DNA of 64,000 nt. It comes from Saccostrea echinata. Taxonomy: Eukaryota. The notes beneath the pieces were generated by a model. The model was not told where the DNA came from. It worked only from the letters and a program-made list of their open reading frames with translations, and ran no database searches. The position numbers were made by a program, and so were the translations under genes. The stretch is from positions 10,230,001 through 10,294,000 of the forward strand of contig NW_026889763.1 in NCBI RefSeq assembly GCF_033153115.1. The letters run 5' to 3'. Positions 12,560 to 23,322 of the stretch are shown piece after piece (the stretch's first letter is position 1; every line of letters begins with the position of its first letter).

Positions 12560-14595
12560 CATTTCAGTCAGTGATACCAAATGTAGTCCCTGGATTAAGG
12601 AAAGATAAGGAACATGCTGTATCTAAACAACTCTCAGTGACCGTGTTGACAATACTGTTGGAATGAATGAACAAGTTTCGGTCCCTAACCATTTTTGAAA
12701 AAAAAAATTAGCCTCTATTTTTTTATGGTTATACAAGGTTAGAAATATTCACTATGGCAAAAGATTATACCATTCACCTTGGAAAGAAAGGTTCTAAGTT
12801 TTAATGGCAAATGACCAGAATTAATTGGTGTAAAACTAACAAGCTTGTTTGAATTAAGGACAGAGATGTTTCAGAAACTTCAATATGATCATATTTCTGT
12901 GAAGTAAATTCTATTTTTGATAAGTATAACTTAAAGGACAAGCCCCATTTAATATACAACATTGAAGAAAAGGGAATGAATACTGAGTACAAGCCCCCGT
13001 TTTTAGTTTCAGAAAGAGAATACAAGCTTCAAGCAGTTATGGCAGAAAAGAGCAAAACAGTTACAGTAGTTGATGCTAAGAATGCATAAGTAAATCAAGT
13101 CCCTCCGTACTTGCAGGTAAGCAGATGATGCTAAAACTTTTAAAAGGGAAATCTGTTGGGGCTCACGGAACAGTGACACCTAGTGGATCGTCAAATTCTG
13201 AAGTTTTTCGTTCATATATGAAGAAAATCACTTTCTAAAATATCAATATATACAAAAGTTCAAGGTCTAAATTAATCTGAGACTATGCTTGCCTTTATGA
13301 CGGCCACAGAAGCCACATTTTATTACATCTTACCGACGTGCCTAAAATAATCATGTTATTCCCTTTGTTCTGTCTCCCCACTGTTCAAACATTTTGCAAC
13401 CAATGGATGTGGGTTGCTCTAAACCCTTTCAACTGAAATACAATCAGGAGTGTCTATCTTTTTCAAGTTTGAACCACTAAACAATCTCCTGTTGTGATGT
13501 TTTTGTTCTTACTTACACAGCCTACACTGTTGCATCGTCGCCAAAACATATTCAGTTTACATTTTCAAAATCTCGTATCTGTCTTTTTCAGTCAGCTGAT
13601 AACATTCGGTAAAAGAAATACTGAAACAGAACACTAGGCTACTTCATCACTCCTCTTCCAGAATGAAATGGGAGATCATCTCAAAATTGACACTGAAGGA
13701 AATAAGACCACTGAAGCAAAGGAACTTGCAACAATAAAACAGACTCCTGTGGATTCAAACACAACCTGGACAGAGAAGCAAATAGACTGCACTGGTGAAA
13801 GTTACCCCTTTACTAATGAATATTTCTTTTCAAAAAAAAGGTGCAGAAGTTCAAAGTAAAAACAATACACACACACTCACAAAATCATGCAACGCATGAC
13901 TTCTAAAATAAAAAAAACACCAATCAAAAAGAAACAGGAACACCAAAAGGATTGACTGATTGTGTGATGTTTTACGTCTCGTTCGAGAAGTTTTCACTCA
14001 TAGAGAATCACCATATACCGGTGAAGGGCTTCAAATTTAGACCTTTACTCGGGCATTCAGGGCTATTGAGCAGTGAGGGTTCTTTATCGTGCCAACGTTT
14101 ACCGTGACAAGGGGCCTCGGTTTATAAGGTGTCATTCGAAAGAACCGCAACTTTCGCTTCAAAGTGCCGGGCGCTTGGCGAAGGAACAGTTGCTACCTAT
14201 TTTTTATCGACTTAGGTCAGGTTCGGCCATGATTCGAACACACGACCTTCCGATTACGTAGCGAGCGCTCTACCGACTGAGCTACCGTGACGGTGAACAC
14301 CAAAAGGACAAGAAGTCTTTGGAATCATCCTCTCAACAACCTGGACCATCTTGCATCAATCTTATTGATCCAGATATTATAAACTCAGATGAAGAAGAAC
14401 ATTAACCACAATGAGTGAAAATAGTGTTGCATCTGTTAGAATTTTTATGTGAAGTCAATTAAATAATGTGTACAAAATAGCTGTTGTCAACTGGGCTCAC
14501 TGTAAGTCATGTTGACATTGGGTTCATCTTCAGTACTGTTCACCACTTCGTGTCGTTAGGACAAAAACACCATTAAACTGTCCATGTTGTGTATA
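12560..14595 (+). pseudogene. Decayed pogo/Tigger-like (DDE_1) transposase with C-terminal Cys/His (PHD-like) region, interrupted by a SINE
   Basis: In order: YGYTRLEI (HTH-like), IYNIEEKG (about 12952-12975, like IYNxDETG), YDGHRSH (13296-13316), PHCSNILQPMDVG (about 13376-13414), WAHCKSC*HWVHLQYC...CPC (about 14492-14590). Many stops and frameshifts. Confidence 0.75.
13952..14294 (-). mobile_element. tRNA-derived SINE, family A, full length with 14-bp TSD, inside the pogo relic
   Basis: A box GGTAGCTCAGTCGG and B box GTTCGAATC on the minus strand, CAAT-type tail. TSD GAACACCAAAAGGA at 13938-13951 and 14295-14308. Confidence 0.9.
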
Positions 14596-14679
14596 GATGA
14601 CACCTACAAAATAAAATTGCAATTGAAAACAATTGTGCACTTAGAGAAAATAGTAGTGTTAGAGTAAATATTGTAAGTG

Positions 14680-15775
14680 TACTTTATACAACCATTTCCC
14701 ACGATAAATTAAAGTCCAGGCTTTTTGACATCATAGACAGCTGCTTTTTCAATGAAAATAGAACTCGTAAATATATTTACCTTGTCATTGGTCATTTGCA
14801 ATTAAAATTATTTTGTTAAAAAAACTCTTATTGTACAAACAAGTACTCTGAATTTGATATTAAAAAGATCCTTGAGTTTATGATTGAAATATCATTGTAG
14901 TTTTCGGAGATCAGGTCTTCCAACAATCTGTTGGAATTCCAATGGGTACTAATTGCGCCCCGTTATTTGGAGACCTATTTTGTATTAATATGAAGCAGAA
15001 TTTATTCAAAATCTTGTACTTGAGAAGAAGAAAACACTTGCTGTGGCCTTCCATTCTATATTTAGATATATCGACGACGTATTAATCAATTAACAATAGT
15101 AAACCTCCATAACTATGTCGACTCAGTATATCCAAGTAAGCTTGAAATAAAGGATACCACAGATTCTGACACATCTGTTTCATAATTGGATATTTTACTA
15201 GAAAAAGACTTTAATGGTACCCTAATAACAAAGCTTAATGATAAACGTTATGGCTTAATTTTTCAATCGTCAACTTTCCTTACTTACGTTTCAATATAAT
15301 ACCCTTATCACCTGCACATTGGGTTTATGTCTCCCAGTTGATTCGATATGCAAGAGCATGCTCTACGTATGAACAGTTTCTAAAACGAGGCAAGCTATTG
15401 ACAAACAAATTGATGAAACAAGGATATCAACAGTCTCGTTTGAAGTTATCATTTTGCAAGTTTTGTGGTCTATACAATGACCTTGTCAGTAAATATAACA
15501 TATTAATAAGTCAAATGCTGACTTATTTTTCATACTAATTGTTAGGCCATTATTTACACACTGAACTGTCGACGGACTTTTCCGTTCTTTCCCGATCATG
15601 ACAAGGAACACAGGGTGGGTGTGACCGGTCGGTAGCGGATGCTCACTCCTTCATGGCACCTAATCCCACCTCTGATGTTTTTGGAGGTCCTTGTTTGCTC
15701 TGCTCCCGATTTGTATTGTTTAAATGGACTTTGATCTTTTACATTAACACAGTGTCTGTTCATTTTCTCCATATC
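14680..15775 (+). mobile_element. Decayed Penelope-like retroelement fragment (RT pseudogene; possibly Naiad/Chlamys-type)
   Basis: GIPMGTNCAP (14933-14962), FRYIDDVL (15061-15084) and QLIRYARAC...LLTNKLMKQGY (ORF 15338-15538), broken by frameshifts and stops. The clade assignment is from motif memory only. Confidence 0.82.
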
Positions 15776-18700
15776 TCAAACTAAATATAAGTAAATATTT
15801 AGTAAAATTCAATTCATATCTGTATAATTGCGAATTTAAGATACATGTTTATGATTAAATATATTTACGTGAAATTATGCAAAAATTGTCTTTTGATGAG
15901 ATCATGATCAATCCCTAGATATATACAGATCTTGGAGAAAGCATATCGACCGCGCACTTCGTAACAAGGCTGAATGTAAAGCATTGCTATGTCGTACTCA
16001 TTATGACGACACAGTTACGAAAAGCAGCTGAAGTATCTGTTTTCAGAAACATCACGTTTATAAAGACTGTTGTGGTGTCATAACTATTGTTGCTTCACAG
16101 AATAACGTCATATTTCCAATTTTAGAAACACGAAGTTTATAAGGTTTTTAGAAGCTTGTAATAGAAACACTCAGTTAATATGTTTTATACTTGATCTGTG
16201 ATCTACAAGTAGTTTGAGCCAATCACAACAACAGAGAAAATATTAAAGCCTTTTATTGGATTACATGCACTAACCCAGATGCTTACCATACTTTTTTGAA
16301 GATCAAACTATCGGAAACATATGTATTGATTGGTCAAATACGGTATCTCCTAATGACCTGACCTTAAAGTTATGGAAATTTGCAATGATCTTCAAAAACT
16401 TGAATCCGCTCTGATATGGTCTAATCATGTGCTCCTAGAAAAATTTTAATCATTAAAATTTATAAGTGGAAATTTTGTTCAGCAGAGGAGGGATGTAATT
16501 TTGTTTTTTTCAGCAAAGTTTAATAGATGATACATCTTTGTAATTAATAATCTTTTCAAATTAATCATCTTTTAATTTAAATACGTTTATTGTATATATG
16601 AATAGGTAGACATGCCATTTGATTCTAACAATGATAATTATTATGCATTTGACACATAAAATGACATATGTGATTAAGTATATACTAAAACTGTAAACTA
16701 TTATTCAAAATGTATATAGAAGTGTTTGACTGAAAAGAATTGATGGTAAAACTTTAAGGATGACATTTACTCAGATAGCAAATTAATTCCACTGATGTCA
16801 ATGGAAAAAAAAACCAATCTACTGTACACAGATGTATGGTTTACTTTAAGATAAGTAAATTATACAGTATTGAATGGTTTTTGTTCATTTTTTCTCCTCT
16901 GCACACGTTCCAATAATTTATACTGATACATGAGCTTTAACATAATATATGCAAACAATATAAAAAAACATAGATATTTAAATTTTAAGATAACACTGTT
17001 AGAAATAATGTGCTAAAAAATTAAAATAAAAAATTAGTCCAAATTTCCTCTGCATTACTTCAAATCTACATTTGTTGTTGCATATTGTCGTCAAATTGTG
17101 AAATATTAAATTTTGATATTGATATTAAGTTATTACAGGGTTATTTTGTCTGTGTAGAACATTTTTTTATTGTAAGATTTTTGTAAGATATGGGTACATA
17201 CATCTAATTATTTTTAGAATCGGTAGAAGAAAGTAGTGCAGAAAAAATTACTACAAGTTTCTTAATTTACAGACTTGAATAAAAAAAATTGTGATAAAGT
17301 GAGCCTCATGCTTGTTGATAAGGAGCATGTTCCCTTACAAAACAGCTTAGCAAATGTAATTTATCAAGAAGATCAGCAGAATTATTTTGTGTATTATAAC
17401 ACCAGTGAGAAGTCTGAAATTCCCCTACTTTCACTTTCATTTTCAGGGGTGCAGACAGATGCATTTTGCCAGCAAATGATATTTTGACTAAGGAAAGACA
17501 ACTTGATGTGCTTCAATTTGAGGGGTCACTCACTGATGAACGAAAATTAGGGACATTGCTATGTAGAGAAACGTAAACGTTAACTTTGTTGCCTACAGGA
17601 AAACGTACCCATATAACAATCCGTTTCTTCAATTAAAATCATGAGTAAATGTCATCCTTCAGGTTTTTTTTCCTTTGCAATCGATCGAAAAAATGTTGAT
17701 GGCTTTATGGTTTTTGTTGGCAAGGCATCATGAGTTGTTTTATTTTCGCTTTAGAATTTCAAGAAAATACGTCATTTTGATAGAGTGATTTGATTTATTT
17801 CTTTTATATACAATTATATTTAGTGAAATCAACTAATAACACTTGTGAATCTATAGATAATTAGATATATATTCAAGACTTTCACTTCATAATAGAGATT
17901 ACATGTGTTTCAATATTAATATTGAAATTCAAATTTCTTTCATTTCATTCTTGCATTTCTTTTGGAAATATTTCTACAGATATGCATAGATGCTTAAAAG
18001 AAGGTGGAGCTCAGATTTATTCCAAATGATTTATTTAGGGGGTTTTACCTGAAAATAGGTTTAGTCATATAGATTAAAGTTTAAGTCCTATAGAAAAAGA
18101 TTAATTAATTAGAGTTTAACTCTTTTTTTTAATTCTGACGTTAATTATCATTACACCATAGCCTCAAATATTTCAAACTGCTTGGTAATTAAATTATTTT
18201 TATGAATCCCATTCCTTTTTAAGTGTATGTACTTTAATATCCAATTCATGCGATTTTCAGTACCATTACATTTTTATTAAAGACTTTAAAAATGTATATT
18301 TAAAAAATGATAGCTGCCTAATCAATAATGCTCAGTAGAGAGATTGAACCTGTGGGTAATATCTTAACAGTTTACATTTAATTTTTATTTTATTTTTTTG
18401 TATATGTTAAATAAGTTGCTGCATCATACTTATATACAGAATAGTCGACGATTTTTACGAAGAGCGTTGATTGACATGAATTTCTGTACACTGTACTGTT
18501 ACAATACTCCAAATAGAGAGAGAGAGAGAGCGAGCAATTTCATTGCAAGTAAAAGTGTGGAAGAAATCTTAAACGATCATTTAAAAAGTTATCTATTATC
18601 CTGCTATTTAATAGTAGGCTGTATATATTTTTTTCATAGCAGGATCTTTTAAGATTTCTTTAAAGTTTCTCTTACGGTTTACATATCTAAGTAAAATAAG

Positions 18701-18878
18701 TTATGAAACACAGAGGTCCGTGGGCCACATCACTCACTTGAGTTACTCTTAAATTCATTTTAAAAGATTTTTTCTCCCTATATACTCCCATGAACTTTTG
18801 AAACATATTGTGGACCCATCCTAGCCCCAAAGGGTTATTATTGTACGTGACTAACATGGCTTTGCTCTTTCGGAGATA

Positions 18879-19133
18879 GATTGATTGATTGTATGTTGTT
18901 TTACGTCCCAATTTTTCACTCTATAGAGACGTTACCATATACCGATGAAGGGCTTCAAATTTAGACCTTAACTCGACACTCAGGGCCATTGAGCAGTGGG
19001 TTTTTTTTATCGTGTCAACGTCAACCGTGACACGGGGCCTCGGTTTTTAAGGTCTCCGCAACTTTCACTTCAAAGTGCCTAGCGCTTGGCAAAGGAACAA
19101 TTGCTACCTATTTTTATCGACATAGGTCAGTCG
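18879..19133 (-). mobile_element. SINE family A, 5'-truncated (no tRNA head)
   Basis: (GATT)n tail and body homologous to the other family A copies; similarity stops before the B box. Confidence 0.82.
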
Positions 19134-19925
19134 AGGAATAGAATTTAATAATTTGTTCCCTGTGCACATGCTTTATGTAAAAATTAATCCCTGCATGATT
19201 TCAGTCCAGTCCTAACGCCAGGGTCAACACTGGAAACCACATATCTTAGGAGGGTAATTTACTGTGGCAATGCTACTCACAAAAGATATTTGTAGCTTAC
19301 ATATTCCTATTAAAATATCCTCTCCCTTATTTTTGCCTATACTTAGCCCTGGAGACATAATACAACAAACTTGAATCTGGACCACATGCCTATTTAATAT
19401 GACTTATCATGGCTTCGTTGTTCTTCAAAAGAATTATTTTTCAAGATTTTATCTAATATATTCTCATGTAAATATGGCCCTACCCCACCACCGGGGTGGG
19501 GTGGGGGCATGATTTCATCAAAGTTGAATATACACTGAGGACATATACACATCAATATCAATTAATATATCATTGCAATATCTTTGCCCTGTTGTATTTG
19601 AGATGCTGATTTTTAAAGATTTTATCCTGTATCATTTTTGCTAGTAAAACTTTGATCCTCCAATTTATGATATGTACAAATATGTTTGTACACTTTTACA
19701 GATTTTTTTTCATTTAGGTTTCATCTTCTCTGACATAGTTGTCTTGAGAAGATTTTTAAGACAACCTATTTTTGCCTTTTCTTGATAATATCCCCTTTTA
19801 GAGAGGCGTGATCCTTCTGAATCCCCTTCACCAAGGATACGTTGGAAAAAGAAGTAAAATGTGAAAAGTTAACGGACGGACATTTCACGGACAACATATG
19901 AACAGATATTTGGTTCATAGGTTCA

Positions 19926-20222
19926 CAGTAGCTCAGACGGTAGAGCGCTCGCGGCGGTTCAAGCTGCGGCCGCAACTGACCTTAATCGAGAAAAAGAGGT
20001 AACACCTGTTCCTTTGACAGGCACTCGGCACTTTGAGGTGAAAGTTGCGGGTGTTTCGGATGAGACTTTAAAAACCAAGGCGTTGTCACGATAAAGATCC
20101 CTCGCTGCTCAATGACCCTGAGTGCCTAGTTAAGGTCTAAATTTGAAGCTCTTTACCGGTATATGGTAACGTCTCTATATGAATGAAAAATTCTCGAACG
20201 AGACGTAAATGACATACAATCA
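19926..20222 (+). mobile_element. SINE family A with internal deletions
   Basis: Head AGTAGCTCAGACGGTAGAGCG, body ...CTGCTCAATGACCCTGAGTGCC..., tail CATACAATCA. Possible TSD TAGGTTCA at 19918-19925 and 20227-20234. Confidence 0.8.
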
Positions 20223-21384
20223 GACTTAGGTTCATTTGAGCTAAACATCTGACAGTCCTGAGTGTGTCATTGGGAAAGGGGATATTTTCAAAAGATCTTT
20301 TTGACAAGTATTGAAGCCGTACATACCAGGTATAGATGTAGATGTACTGAGAGAAGATAGTCAAATATTCATTATAATCAGTCACAATGATGAATTTTCC
20401 GAAAATTTTGCGACAAATCATGCGCTCCTAAATAACCAAGACCTATCTCTTGTAATGCAAGTACATGGTACAAATTTCACTTTTTTTATGGCAGGTCAGA
20501 TGTAAAGTTCATATTATAAGGTCAGTATGACAGCTATACTTAATGAAAATTTCATATTTGAAATAATCGCATAAATAGATTTGTAAATTTTATGAAACAT
20601 TGGATATTTGGCATAACAAATTTGATTTTTTTCGTGTGTGAAAAGCTTTAGATTTACAAGGTACATGTTGCCTACCATCGACGCAGCAAGAGCCATGCAA
20701 AGTTAAATACTTTTTAAGAAATTATCTCATTAATAAATAGATTTTTTCTCTGCATTATCATCAATATTGTAATTTTCAGTCAAAGTCTCGATGAAATGTT
20801 TCCTTTTTGCTGCAAGAAGCAAAGCCTACGATTTATTTCAACAAACGAATATACCAATCAATTAGGTGTCATGTAACTTTAGTTATCATGGTATTCCTAT
20901 TGTGAATGAGCTGGAGATTTAAAGACTTCCATTTTATTTTTAATTGCAAATATTACTTCCTGAAAAGGACCTTCATCAGTGGGGAAAAGCATCCTCTTTC
21001 GGAAGGATATTTGCTAAAATTGGTTCATTGGTCAAGATATAAAGTATAATGTTTAGTGGCCTGACCCCCCCCCCCCCCCCCATTTCCTTTTAAGCTCACC
21101 TATGCCAAAGGTTCAAGTGAGCTTTATTTAACAAAGAATTCCAACGTCCATCTTTCTGTTGTGTCTCTCTATTCGTTTCGTGTAGTCTGTAAATTTTCAA
21201 CTTGGGTCAAGTTCAGCCAAACTCGCCACCTAGCATCTTTGGGTGAAGGGAATTTAAAGTTTGTTCAAATAATTTTTCAAGAGAGATAGATAAGAAATAT
21301 TGGAAATTCTTGTGTCTTGGACCTAGGGTGGGCTACTATAGGGGAGTAAATATTTACATTAGATGATATAGGAAGAATATTTAA

Positions 21385-23322
21385 AGTAGACTAATACTCG
21401 CACTACGTCACTAACGAATAGTAAAACCGGAACCACGCTTCCTATTTCCGGGATGATTTTTGAACTATATTGGTTTGACTTTTACTTGGCGTTTTAAATA
21501 TCCGGTAATGATTTTGCTTTAAGTCGGTTTCGTCAAACATTGATTATACAGTTTAACGAGAAAATAATTAAAAAGGGATACCTGAAAATAACATTAGGTT
21601 GACAGAGGCACGACTAGGTAATAAGGATATTATGGTGTCCGGATAGGGCCATTTGCAAAAGCTCAACAGCGCGTTCAAAAAAACACGATGTCGCGCTAAC
21701 ACACAACGCGCTGTCACGCTAACACAAGTTCGCACAGCACGCCGTCGCGATTACACACAACACGCTGTCACGCTAACACACAACAAGCCGTTGCGCTAAT
21801 GCAACTTCACACAACACGCTGTCGCGATGTCACACAACTCGCTAACACAACTTTGTGATAGCGCGAATGCGAGTTGTGTGTTAGCGCGACGGCGTGTTGC
21901 TTGAAAGCGTGTTAGCGCGACGGCGTGTTGTGTGAACTTGTGTTAGCGTGACAGCGTGTTGTGTGTAATCGCGACGGCGTGTTGTGTGAACTTGTGTTAG
22001 CGTGACAGCGTGTTGTGTGTAATCGCGACGGCGTGTTGTGCGAACTTGTGTTAGCGTGACAGCGCGTTGTGTGTTAGCGCGACGGCGTGTTGTGCGAACT
22101 TGTGTTGGCGTGACAGCGTGTTGTGTGTTAGCGCGACGTCGTGTTTTTTTGAACGCGCTGTTGAGCTTTTGCAAATGGCCCTATCCGGACACCATAGGAT
22201 ATACATGTACATGTAATATAAACAACATTTCTGTGGATGAGAATATGCCGATAACATGGAGTCGATGGACCACGAGTATCGTCGGCGGACAAGTTGAAGC
22301 TAATACTGAAAGTTTGCAAGAAAAGGAATTTTTACAATTTGACAGCGACAAATTTAATGAACTTTATTATTTCAAACATTACAATGTATATTTTGAATAA
22401 TAATTATCACATTCGACGCATAATACCCCCCCCCCTCCCACGCCCCGCAAACCCATCGCATTAAATCAAATGTACAATGCAAAACTATCTTTAGAATACT
22501 GGTAGATGAAAATAGTTGATTCACTTGCAGCACACTTACTTTCTGTAAACTGATCATTCAGTTTGTCAGAATAAGTCAATCTGATTCATTGTCTCTAATT
22601 TTACAGACAAGTGTCTTTTTTTCTTTCTTTCTTTTTTAATTGTAAAACAAAATAAATTTTAGGGGCAGTAGATATTGGGTGTATATTAGTTTTTTTTTAA
22701 ATATGTACAAGTTTGTAAATACAAATGTAAGTTGAAACTACAATTGTGTAGTGAAATGTGACAAAATATTATTTTTGGAGAAAAATTTCATGGGGTTCCC
22801 TTTAGTGCAGAGCTCATAGCATGAAAAGTAATTCGTCAACATATAGTTTTTTTTAGCTAATGCCTTTCTTAGGTGTTATTTTTGTAAAAAGAACCCAAGT
22901 TTTTGAAGATTGAGTCCATAAAAATATTTAAATATGACAGAGATTGCCCTGTGAAGCAAGTCTTTTGTACTTCATTTTGATACGTTAGCCTGACAAGGTG
23001 CACACATTTATAATAATTCACGCAAAACAATGATTATATATGGTTTATTAACATGTTTCTATTCTATTTTGTGTATTTAAGTTGACTGTTTAGATTTTAA
23101 TTCTTATATAAAGACAAATTCGTGGACAGGTACATTTTCATAAATTTCAGTATTTAGCACTTCGGGGTATATACTGCTGAGAGGCAATAGCGCGAATATA
23201 AACATGTTGACATATAAGTTTTCTTTTGTCTATCGATTGCTGGGATGTATGTGATGTATTTCTATGTTATAAAAGCACATTTTTCAAGATTGAGCCCATT
23301 TAGTGCCGAGTATGGAACTACC
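21385..23322. mobile_element. Kolobok-like non-autonomous DNA transposon (TTAA TSD, degenerate TIRs)
   Basis: TTAA|AGTAGACTAATACTCGCACTA ... TAGTGCCGAGTATGGAACTACC|TTAA. Purine-purine start with TTAA flanks (21381-21384, 23323-23326); removing it rejoins the host repeat. Confidence 0.6.
21631..22196. mobile_element. Foldback MITE with TATGG...CCATA termini, 6-bp TSD and internal 54-bp tandem repeats (IS3EU-like)
   Basis: Perfect TIR of more than 50 bp (TATGGTGTCCGGATAGGGCCATTTGCAAAAGCTCAACAGCGCGTTCAAAAAAACACGA), extended by inverted 54-bp repeats. GGATAT duplicated at 21625-21630 and 22197-22202. Confidence 0.85.

Larger units (their letters stand above)
18706..20245 (-). mobile_element. Non-autonomous Helentron/HINE (Helitron-N)-like element with degenerate internal satellite and two nested SINEs
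   Basis: Ends mirror those of 21088-24402: AGAGGTCCGTGGGCCACATCACTCACTTGAG (3' hairpin end) and TGAGCTAAA (5' end). ACGG-type microsatellite remnant at about 19872. Confidence 0.65.

Noticed and set aside
7524-15775. Inverted PLE copies as TIRs of one composite 8-kb element
   Set aside because: The copies differ in length and are substantially diverged, and no shared TSD was seen; independent insertions are simpler.
21881-22400. Arg/Thr-rich ORFs with 18-aa repeats
   Set aside because: Translation of the 54-bp repeats inside the foldback MITE.
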